Origin: a virus
Lineage: Duplodnaviria > Heunggongvirae > Uroviricota > Caudoviricetes
Direction: 5' to 3' (one strand)
Length of the DNA: 8,601 nt
IMG/VR virus record: IMGVR_UViG_2700989489_000020
Below, in pieces: positions 1 through 6,893 of this stretch. A program made the position numbers and the translations under genes. Numbering within the stretch: position 1 is the stretch's first letter; every line of letters begins with the position of its first letter. The notes beneath the pieces are model-generated. The model was not told the origin of the DNA. It did no database searches and saw only the letters and a list, made by a program, of their open reading frames with translations.

Positions 1-1036
1 TTACCCCGGCGTGTAGTTCGCTATGGCATTTACGGCACAGCGGAATAACAAACAAATCATCAGCCTTTGTTCCCATCCCTCCCAGTCCATGACCAATGAT
101 GTGATGCGGATCATCTGCCTGATTACCGCACGTCATGCATTTCTGCGTTTTTACCCAGCGCGTGTATACAGGCATCTCTTCCCGTTGTGGTTTCTGGCGC
201 TGGAGATACTGAGCCGGTGACTCCGGATCAACGGCAATGCTGACCACCGTCTTTTCCTGTGGCGGGTTTTGCTGGTGGGCGTGAGGCAGCGGCGCAAGAT
301 TTTTTGTGCGCTGCTTCAGTATGATGGTGGCGGTCTGCTCTCCCGGTACGATGTCGCTTTCACGGTACATTGAGCGGATTTTTTCCGCACGCAACCCCAG
401 CGAACGACGTAATACCGCTTCCGGTAGCGCGTCCGCCACCTGATTGCGGACCGCCCACCAGGATAATTCAGCCAGAGATAATTCACGCTCCTGCGTACCG
501 CTTATTGCGTGACCGATGACGTCAATCATCCATGCTGACAGGTTTTGATGAGCAAGTTGCTCGAGTGATTCGGATGTCTGGTCACGCAGCTGGTTGTCGC
601 AGTGCCAGCACAACACCATTGCGCCGGTACCATAACGGTGAATAACGGTTTCACTGTGATGATAGTCACCATGAGGCCACTGGCAGGATTTGACATGACG
701 CAACAGCCAGTCAGACAGTGCACCAGCGCCACCAACAGCACGAATCACACGCTCATTGCTGAAAAACGGCAGTAATGATTTATCCTCCGCCAGCGGCTGG
801 CGAACGGCAGGGACGATGCCGGACGGCAGACCGCGCATGCTTTTCGGTTCCGGCTCCACAAGCACTCGAGGGTTATGGAATACCTGCATGGATTCACGGC
901 CTGGTTTAAGGACCACCAACCCAAGTTCCGGTACCGGAACAGGTCGAAGTAATACCCGCACGTTACCTCCAGATGCGTTGCTGGAATGTGCGGGACGGAC
1001 GCGGTGGGCGCTCGGAGTACGGCAGCCTGACGTAGA
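1..1036 (-). CDS. DUF968/YdfU-like prophage protein, C-terminal part (partial; continues past window start), with Cys/His cluster
   Basis: Minus-strand frame checked codon by codon for 1-760 and 740-1036: no stop from 1036 to 1. Translation ends ...EEMPVYTRWVKTQKCMTCGNQADDPHHIIGHGLGGMGTKADDLFVIPLCRKCHSELHAGV at the window edge. Not in the ORF track because no in-window stop. Family name is from memory of the Qin ydfU-rem-hokD neighbourhood. Confidence 0.6.
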
Positions 1037-1241
1037 TTATCCAGTGACGATAATCGAGGCTGAGGGCTTTCCTAAACTCATACCCACGTCTGCGGTAGTT
1101 CTGAATCAGCCATTCGGCCTGTTCTTCAGTGCATGGGGCGTGCCGGAACCAGTCAGATTTGAATGCATGAGAACGCCGCCCGTGCCTGCTGGCAAAGACG
1201 GCTGAATTATCAGAATTGTGTAGTCTGGAATTTTGCGCCAT
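963..1241 (-). CDS. 92-aa ORF with strong RBS; probably the 5' part of the same DUF968-like gene, separated by a frameshift in 963-1036
   Basis: ORF track 963..1241. ATG at 1241 preceded on the minus strand by GGAGAAAG. Overlaps the downstream open frame by about 70 nt in a different frame. Confidence 0.5.
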   Translation of the reverse strand: MAQNSRLHNSDNSAVFASRHGRRSHAFKSDWFRHAPCTEEQAEWLIQNYRRRGYEFRKALSLDYRHWIIYVRLPYSERPPRPSRTFQQRIWR

Positions 1242-1310
1242 CGGCTTTCTCCGGTGGCACAGTGTTACTCAACAGGGGTTCAGCCCTGCGCTGAATTGTA
1301 GATGAATTCA

Positions 1311-1571
1311 CTAATCTTCAAAAGCAGAAAAACCAGCCTTAATCCCAGCTTCTTTCAGAGACGGCAACGATGTGACAAATTCATTTGCACGCAAAATAAA
1401 ACCATCCGTCACAAGCCCATCCACAAAATGAATTAACGCAGCTCCACTCTTCCTTTGTTGAGACTGTAAACATTTAATACGGCAGTGGCTGACAATAGCG
1501 CCCTTCTCAACGCGCACAGTATAGAGGCCATCTTCACTAAAAATTTCACGTAATTCTTCGATTCTCATCAA
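1311..1571 (-). CDS. Small hypothetical protein (86 aa); sits where rem lies next to hokD in Qin-type prophages
   Basis: ORF track. GGAAGGA about 9 nt upstream of the ATG on the minus strand. Identity with Rem not verified. Confidence 0.5.
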   Translation of the reverse strand: MMRIEELREIFSEDGLYTVRVEKGAIVSHCRIKCLQSQQRKSGAALIHFVDGLVTDGFILRANEFVTSLPSLKEAGIKAGFSAFED

Positions 1572-1650
1572 CAGAATCCTTCCAGATAAATAGCACTCCC
1601 CTGTTCGGGGTCCATCCCTCTTCTCCCTGCGCGCTACTTAAGTATTTTTG

Positions 1651-1680
1651 ATTCTATTCCGGCGCCGTCCGGAACTTCAA
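1651..1680 (-). promoter_or_regulatory. Candidate sigma70 promoter for the 1311..1571 gene
   Basis: Minus strand reads TTGAAG (plus 1675-1680), 18-bp spacer, TAGAAT (plus 1651-1656). Lies just downstream of the hok terminator. Confidence 0.3.
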
Positions 1681-1685
1681 ACGCG

Positions 1686-1720
1686 TTGAAAATAAAAACA
1701 AAAACCCGCCGAAGCGGGTT
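1686..1720 (-). terminator. Rho-independent terminator after hok
   Basis: Minus strand reads AACCCGC-TTCG-GCGGGTT followed by TTTTGTTTTTATTTTC; 7-bp GC-rich stem plus U tract, about 70 nt after the hok stop. Confidence 0.6.
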
Positions 1721-1788
1721 AAGTGCGGGTGCGTTGAGGATGCCTGACACATCAGAGGTGGCGAGGGATTTCTCCCCCGCCTGGTCTC

Positions 1789-1944
1789 TTACTCCTCAGG
1801 TTCGTAAGCTGTGAAGACAGCGACCTCCGTCTGGCCGGTTCGGATTCGTACCTCGCAGAGGTCTTTCCTCGTTACCAGTGCCGTCACTATGACGGTTAAA
1901 CAGATGACGATCAGGGCGATTAACATCGCCTTTTGCTGCTTCAT
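1789..1944 (-). CDS. hokD: Hok/Gef family type I toxin (51 aa), HokD/RelF-like
   Basis: Translation from the internal Met of ORF 1789..2001: MKQQKAMLIALIVICLTVIVTALVTRKDLCEVRIRTGQTEVAVFTAYEPEE, matching my recollection of HokD. AAGGAG 9 nt upstream of that ATG. Single TM segment plus conserved Cys. Confidence 0.85.
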   Translation of the reverse strand: MKQQKAMLIALIVICLTVIVTALVTRKDLCEVRIRTGQTEVAVFTAYEPEE

Positions 1945-2136
1945 AGCCTGCTTCTCCTTGACCTTTCGGTCCGTAAGAGGCAATCTATATGTGACGAGCA
2001 TATAGGGGCCTCACTTCGATTTATAGTCGGGTGGGGCTTTTATCTATCTGCCGTTGGTGTTCATGCCCGAGGCAGATAGCCTCAAGCACCCGCAGCAATC
2101 CTACTTAACTCTGCCGTTACAGCAAACCGTTTTCGC

Positions 2137-2160
2137 CCGATATGGGAATTCCCATATCGG
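2137..2160. repeat. 24-bp perfect palindrome CCGATATGGGAATTCCCATATCGG
   Basis: Read directly; symmetry breaks at the flanking bases. Intergenic between the binding-protein gene and the hok leader. Confidence 0.9.
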
Positions 2161-2243
2161 AATGAATTCAGTTCACCTGGCGAGGCTTAGCGTACAATTT
2201 TTTCCGTTTTGTGAGCTGCCCCTACATGCCGCTGGCGCGGCAT

Positions 2244-2273
2244 CCGGAAAAAGAATCCACGTCCTGAAGGACG
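2244..2273 (-). terminator. Possible intrinsic terminator after the substrate-binding protein gene
   Basis: Short stem CGTCC-TTCA-GGACG directly after the TGA stop (2280-2282), followed on the minus strand by TGGATTCTTTTTCC. Stem is short, so weak. Confidence 0.35.
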
Positions 2274-2279
2274 AGGATG

Positions 2280-3038
2280 TCAAGTGCCTTTCCTGGTCCA
2301 GCCATATTTTTTGAATGCAGGCGCCGCTTCATCGGTTTGTAGCCATTCTGCAAATCGACGGGTTTCATCATTTGCATCCTGACGTACTGTAATGTTCATA
2401 TCACGCCATATCACGTAGTCTGGCGCTATTTCCACGACATCACCAATTTCTGGATTACTGGCTGCCCAGTCAGCCCAGGTTATCCAGACATCTGCTCCAG
2501 GCTGATTCTCAAGAGCCTTACGTGCAGTTCCGCTATTGGGCGCATATAAAATAATATTTTTTCGGATTGCGGCGACAGTTTCTATATTCCCTTTACGTCC
2601 GGCAATATCTTCCCAGACGCCAGTGCCTGATGTATTACTGGTACCACCACCATCATTAACAATTACGCCAATCCCAGGTCTGGTCAGGTCGTCAATACTC
2701 CGGATATTTTTAGGATTACCTTTCTTTACCAGTAAAATACTTTTTCGCAGATAAAGAGGCTGAATATCTTTTTCACTGAAGCTGTCTTTATGGTCCCGAA
2801 TGATAGCCAGAGCAGATTGTTCTGATGCGCCAAACAAGATATCTGCATTTTTTTTGGCATCTTCATTCCATTTGTTCTGTGGGCCGTAATGAACGTTCAC
2901 TATAATACCTGTTTTTTCGGCATAAAGTTTGGCTGCATCAAGCAAGGCTGTATGCGGGCCACCAGGACCATACAGATTGATATCAGCATAAGCAGCAGAA
3001 GACAGGAATATTAAAAAACCTGCCATTATGTTCCTCAT
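2280..3038 (-). CDS. Secreted periplasmic substrate-binding protein (ModA-like solute-binding fold), orphan cargo gene
   Basis: ORF track 252 aa. AAGGAG 7 nt upstream of the ATG at 3038. Sec-type signal peptide MRNIMAGFLIFLSSAAYA then DINLYG. C-terminal ...FKKYGWTRKGT resembles the ModA C-terminus from memory. Visibly AT-rich relative to neighbours. Confidence 0.75.
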   Translation of the reverse strand: MRNIMAGFLIFLSSAAYADINLYGPGGPHTALLDAAKLYAEKTGIIVNVHYGPQNKWNEDAKKNADILFGASEQSALAIIRDHKDSFSEKDIQPLYLRKSILLVKKGNPKNIRSIDDLTRPGIGVIVNDGGGTSNTSGTGVWEDIAGRKGNIETVAAIRKNIILYAPNSGTARKALENQPGADVWITWADWAASNPEIGDVVEIAPDYVIWRDMNITVRQDANDETRRFAEWLQTDEAAPAFKKYGWTRKGT

Positions 3039-3202
3039 AAAAAACTCCTTTTATTGGTTATCATGAAATAAAGTTATAAACACTACAAATAATATATATT
3101 ACATCCAGATAAACTTATCCGACTTTACCTCGTGCATAGCTTGTTATTTAAAGTCAACAAAATAAGGAAAATTATACGCATATTGAAGAGTATAAACCTT
3201 AC

Positions 3203-3230
3203 ATGTTGATTACATTTTTGTAATCAACAT
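3203..3230. promoter_or_regulatory. 28-bp palindrome ATGTTGATTACA-TTTT-TGTAATCAACAT upstream of the binding-protein gene
   Basis: Perfect 12-bp inverted arms, 4-bp spacer, inside the AT-rich leader about 165 bp upstream of the start at 3038. No U tract on either side, so not a classic terminator. Confidence 0.5.
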
Positions 3231-3289
3231 CCTGTTTGGAATAGCCAGCCTTTAATGGATAACTATTTCTGACAATGCAATGAGTATAA

Positions 3290-3897
3290 TCAAGTCCATC
3301 TTCCACTGAGAATTAGAGGCGGCATGCTTTTTCCGGCTCTTGCCGGATATCCGTAATTGTCCATAATCTGCAGATTTATACCTTCTGCATGACCTGTCAG
3401 CGAAAATTTGTCCGGTGTTTCTACGGGAATGACATCAAAAGTTACACGCACTCGCGTTACCGTGTAGACCTACTTTCCTGCACTTGCAAGATCACAGTGG
3501 TGTAACCGTAACAGGAATTTATTCTCTGGACCGGCAGTAAATCCCTGAGTGGCGTGGTTCCCATATCAATTTCCCGCCAGGCAGCCTCCATTGCCAGCGT
3601 ACAGGCTGGAGCCATGACCTGCCCTTTAAATCTGGCCCGACCATCCCACCGGACGTGTTCTTCTCCCCTGAACTTAGGTACAGTCATCTCCAGTGGCACA
3701 AAAGTGTCAGCGCCATAATTTTTGACCGTTATCGCGCTACGGATATTTTGTTGACTGGTGAAAATCACCCCGCAGAATCAGGCTTATTCCCTTAACCTGG
3801 GCTTTCATCCTGACCGCCGCCTCACTACGACCAATCAGACTGCCGATGCATTTTACCTTCATTGTTAGTATCATGATTTCAGGCCTGCACCATCCGC
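3290..3897 (-). pseudogene. Decayed coding region: protein-like minus-strand reading frames broken across three frames
   Basis: Minus strand gives a 42-aa stretch (MKVKCIGSLIGRSEAAVRMKAQVKGISLILRGDFHQSTKYP), ORF 3457..3768, then an unstarted open frame ...VTRVRVTFDVIPVETPDKFSLTGHAEGINLQIMDNYGYPARAGKSMPPLILSGRWT ending at 3290. No single intact ORF, no good RBS. Family not recognised. Confidence 0.3.
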
Positions 3898-4631
3898 TCA
3901 TTGCCCGGACTTCCGACAAATCCCGGCAACCATATCCCGGTGCTTGTTCAGCTCCCGCAGCGCGGCGCAGACTCGCTCCCACTTCTGGACATGATTCTTC
4001 GCCCTACGCAGTTCGCGATTTGCCATATGCAGCGATGGCAAAATCAAATCATCTTCTCGCGTTGCAGTAAACGATGGCAGCGACTGCACAATGTCCGCCA
4101 CAGTTTCTGTTTTAATATCTTCCTGTGTTGCATCTTTCTGTACCGGTAACGAACACCGGCTGGCTGAGGAAAGGCTTTACCATCGGTTTCCGCTACCGAT
4201 TCAACTTTCGGCTCTGCTGGTAAATTATCACCTGGTATGCAGTAACGAATTTTACCGTTCTGGTTTACGCGAATCAGACGACCTTTGCTGATTGCCATTG
4301 CCAGCGTTGAAGCAACTTTGCGGGATGTTGTACCGAACAGCGTAGCCAGTTCATCCGCCGTTTGTGGTCCGCGTTGTTCAATCGTCGCGGTTAAATCGCA
4401 CTCTGAGATTTTCGCTTCTGTTGCCGTGGTGGTTTCTTCTGGCGCTGGCTGTTCCTGCTGAACGTTGTTATCAGCCACACGCCAGGTGTATACGCTTTTA
4501 TCAACGAAGCCAGCCTTTTTCAGTTCCCACAGCTCGTTCAGTACTTCTTCACGACTGATATCAAGTCGCGCAGCCAGCTCTACCGACGTGGCTTTTCCCA
4601 TCGCTTTCAGTGCGTCAAAAACAGTCTCCAT
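3898..4631 (-). CDS. Winged-helix prophage protein (DUF1627-like), apparently frameshifted near 4140-4180
   Basis: ORF 4044..4631 has GGGAGGAAA 5 nt upstream of the ATG and an HTH-like N-terminus, but its last ~40 aa are low-quality. A second frame (open from 4176, ORF 3898..4101) encodes plausible sequence [73 protein letters not shown]1627 name is from memory. Confidence 0.5.
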
Positions 4632-4664
4632 AAATTTCCTCCCGGTAAAAAATCACTTCTCAAC

Positions 4665-5330
4665 TCAAACAAAACCAGCCGCTTTCCGGCGTTCATATTC
4701 CTGTTTCAGCAACTCAATTGGCGTTGGCCCCGACGGGCGTTTGGGGGCCGCCAGTTGTCGCCGGACTGGCGGAACGCTCAGGCCGTTACTAACATGCTTT
4801 GCCCATTTCGTCAGTTGCCGTTCTGCAAGCCGTTTTAATTCCCCTTCGGTCATCTGGCGCTCAATCCCCTTTGAACGCATCTCGAGGCAAATGTGATACA
4901 GCACAGGCTGAGACCACGGGTACTTATCACTTCCGTCGTATCGCCAGGACTCATTGCGCCAGCGGCGGTACTCCTCCATCACAGCATCCACCGTCAGACC
5001 GAATGGATTGGCTCCGCTTTTCGAAATCAGTGCCACAAACTCAGCCAGGTCCGGAGGCCATGTTTCACCCGCCCGGCAGCGGTCCATGCACTGGCGGCAG
5101 ACCTGCCGGATTTGCTGCTCAGTCATCGCGCCAATCTGTGCAATCCAGAGCTTCGAAGGTGCGGCCCCGTTCTTCTGGATCCAGCGGTTCGAATAAACCA
5201 CCCCCATGAGTTCCCACAGCTTCCAGGCCGTTTCCGTCGCTGATAAATCCGTTTTCACGTTCCCACTGCTCACGTGCTGCCCGAATTTCCTGAACTGCCC
5301 GTGATGCGGTGCCACCTGGTGCTGCTGCAT
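4665..5330 (-). CDS. Lambda P-like replication protein (DnaB helicase loader); true start uncertain (5330, 5204 or 5126)
   Basis: C-terminal half aligns by eye with lambda P (YPWSQPVLYHICLEMRSKG...GELKRLAERQ versus lambda YPWKSNAHYWLVTNLYQNMRAN...AELRRKAADE). Internal ATG at 5126 overlaps the O-like stop as ATGACTGA. Confidence 0.8.
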   Translation of the reverse strand: MQQHQVAPHHGQFRKFGQHVSSGNVKTDLSATETAWKLWELMGVVYSNRWIQKNGAAPSKLWIAQIGAMTEQQIRQVCRQCMDRCRAGETWPPDLAEFVALISKSGANPFGLTVDAVMEEYRRWRNESWRYDGSDKYPWSQPVLYHICLEMRSKGIERQMTEGELKRLAERQLTKWAKHVSNGLSVPPVRRQLAAPKRPSGPTPIELLKQEYERRKAAGFV

Positions 5331-6159
5331 GGTTTACCCCTTTGCTGACTGGTTTAACCTGCGCCCTGACGTGATTTACGTGACGGGCGAATTTCTGCTC
5401 CCACTGAATCTGCGTAAACACTTTCCCCTCCGCTGCCCAGTAGTCCCGGAAGGCGGCAAGTTCAGCAGGTGTAAATTCTGTCTCCGGCAAAGCCATCCCC
5501 CACAACGCAGCCCGTCGTCGAAAATCCCGTGACGGATACCAGCTATCGCTCATCGGGAATTTTCCGATGGGTTCGCTCAGGCCATACAGGAATACAGGGG
5601 GGGCTGCCTGTAACGACAAAACTTCCTGCTCACTGGTCGGAGCACTCTCGCGTGCGTTATGTGTGGGGTTTAGATCTTTGGGTTCCTTTGGGTTCCGTGA
5701 TCCGTTTTTGGGTGTCTTTGATGGAAAATTTGGGTGTCTTTGGTTATTTTCCATGCAGCTAAGAGTTCTGTTTTTGGGTCTGTTTTGTGCTGAAACATAA
5801 CCATTTTCGGTACTGTTTTTATTAACAGCACCAATTTTACCCACCTTTAAAGACTCCCGTTTTTGGGTGTATTCAGGCTCGGCAACACTTTCTTCTACAC
5901 CGATAAGTCGGTACACCACAATTTGCTTTGTTCTGCCTTTTCTCTCACCGGTATCAACAATTAACCCAATCTCCATCAGGTGTCGTAAGCTGTCCTGCAC
6001 AGTCTTTTTGTTCAGTTCCGTTACTTCTGCCAGTGCAGATACAGACGGGTATGCACACAAATCGGCACCGCACATATCAGCAAGCCAGGTCAATACTGAC
6101 TTACTGGATGAACTGCCGGTTTTCACCTTTTTAGCCCATCGTAGTGCATCGATACTCAT
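5119..6159 (-). CDS. Replication initiator (O-like): N-terminal winged-helix DNA-binding domain, low-complexity linker, DnaT-like C-terminal domain
   Basis: ORF track 5119..6234; start placed at the internal Met MSIDALRWAKK (ATG 6157-6159, AGGGG about 8 nt upstream). Linker region coincides with the iteron array. Domain assignment from recalled family features. Confidence 0.8.
   Translation of the reverse strand: MSIDALRWAKKVKTGSSSSKSVLTWLADMCGADLCAYPSVSALAEVTELNKKTVQDSLRHLMEIGLIVDTGERKGRTKQIVVYRLIGVEESVAEPEYTQKRESLKVGKIGAVNKNSTENGYVSAQNRPKNRTLSCMENNQRHPNFPSKTPKNGSRNPKEPKDLNPTHNARESAPTSEQEVLSLQAAPPVFLYGLSEPIGKFPMSDSWYPSRDFRRRAALWGMALPETEFTPAELAAFRDYWAAEGKVFTQIQWEQKFARHVNHVRAQVKPVSKGVNHAAAPGGTASRAVQEIRAAREQWERENGFISDGNGLEAVGTHGGGLFEPLDPEERGRTFEALDCTDWRDD
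5676..5871. repeat. Iteron array and AT-rich stretch: candidate phage origin of replication inside the initiator gene
   Basis: Six direct copies of core TTTGGGT: CTTTGGGTTCC at 5676-5686 and 5686-5696; TTTGGGTGTCTTTG at 5707-5720 and 5729-5742; TTTGGGTCTG at 5773-5782; TTTGGGTGTA at 5862-5871. AT-rich 5783-5858 lies between the last two. Confidence 0.6.
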
Positions 6160-6682
6160 ACGAACCCCTGGCAGACATTTGTTTATCTGCAAAGTAATAT
6201 TGGTATTGCTGACGATACGCGTGCTTGAAAGCAATAGCTTTTTCTATAAGCTCGTCAGTCTCACGTTCCACAACAACTGGATCCGCAAAAAGCAGCCCGG
6301 ACTCCACCACATCGCCATATTCTTTGTTTAACCCGGCGATCATGTACGTAATGCTTTTTCCGTCAGTAATTTCACAATACAATCTGAAATCGCTGATCCG
6401 GATAGCCTCCATAATTGCCGGAATCAGCGCCGTGAATTTGTCACGCTTATCTCTGGTGTCGATAGCTTTCCAGCGTTCGAATATCTTCACCCGGTTAACG
6501 CCCAGCGCCCGTTGATCAACCTCGCCATCATTAAACGTGACGCGTTGAACATCGATGTTCGGGCGTTCTTTCAGAGCCCAGAATGCTTCCGTGATTAATA
6601 TCGTCGCCTGCTCCTGTGTCATTCCTGGTCGGCATACCCAGGTATCCAGAGCCTCACAAACCTGTTCAGTGGTGATTTTCAT
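6131..6682 (-). CDS. YdaT-like protein in the cII position (183 aa)
   Basis: ORF track. Sits between the Cro-like gene and the initiator; overlaps the Cro-like stop by 17 nt and the initiator start by 29 nt. YdaT call rests on synteny with Rac racR-ydaS-ydaT and a loosely remembered motif. Confidence 0.55.
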   Translation of the reverse strand: MKITTEQVCEALDTWVCRPGMTQEQATILITEAFWALKERPNIDVQRVTFNDGEVDQRALGVNRVKIFERWKAIDTRDKRDKFTALIPAIMEAIRISDFRLYCEITDGKSITYMIAGLNKEYGDVVESGLLFADPVVVERETDELIEKAIAFKHAYRQQYQYYFADKQMSARGSYEYRCTTMG

Positions 6683-6893
6683 TGTTCAACCGCCCCGCCC
6701 GCTTTGCCTTACGATATTCGTCATAAACTTTGGGGTCGTACTGAAGTTCCCCGCCGGATGCCTCTTGCAGGCGCATCGCGCGACCTTCAGGAACCAGTTC
6801 CCCCCATGCAGCAACGCTTGCCAGCCTAACTCCTGCGACATTGGCAAGCTTTGTTTTGCTGCCAAAAAACGCTATAGCATCAATTTTCAACAT
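6666..6893 (-). CDS. Cro-like HTH regulator (P22 Cro / YdaS family)
   Basis: 75 aa. AAGGGG 6 nt upstream of the ATG. Core FFGSKTKLANVAGVRLASVAAWGELVPEGRAMRLQEASGGEL resembles P22 Cro from memory. Divergent from the repressor. Confidence 0.75.
   Translation of the reverse strand: MLKIDAIAFFGSKTKLANVAGVRLASVAAWGELVPEGRAMRLQEASGGELQYDPKVYDEYRKAKRAGRLNNENHH

Noticed and set aside
23-1205. Plus-strand ORFs 23..220 and 756..1205, and minus ORF 526..741
   Set aside because: All lie inside the long uninterrupted minus-strand DUF968-like frame, antisense or in an alternative frame; no RBS and implausible composition.
1958-1991. Plus-strand promoter for a Sok-like RNA (TTGACC at 1958-1963)
   Set aside because: No acceptable -10 at 16-19 bp spacing, so the antisense RNA idea is kept only as a low-confidence note under the hok finding.
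1945-2001. In-frame N-terminal extension of hok in ORF 1789..2001
   Set aside because: Hok proteins are about 50 aa and the internal ATG at 1944 has a strong AAGGAG RBS; the extension is open leader sequence.
1811-2005. Plus-strand ORF antisense to hok
   Set aside because: Fully overlaps the well-supported hok CDS on the opposite strand; any function here is more likely an antisense RNA than a protein.
2054-2314. Plus-strand ORF 86 aa in the hok/binding-protein intergenic region
   Set aside because: Spans the palindrome and terminator structures, has no RBS, and runs into the convergent binding-protein gene.
2536-2754. Plus-strand ORF antisense within the binding-protein gene
   Set aside because: Shadow ORF opposite a strongly supported CDS.
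3203-3230. 28-bp palindrome considered as an FNR/CRP site or intrinsic terminator
   Set aside because: Half-site spacing is 12 bp, not 4-6 bp, and no U tract follows the stem on either strand; kept only as an unassigned regulatory candidate.
5676-5871. Repeat array considered as a CRISPR array
   Set aside because: Repeats are only 10-14 bp, irregularly spaced, same orientation within a protein-coding linker, with no unique spacers of uniform length; iterons fit better.
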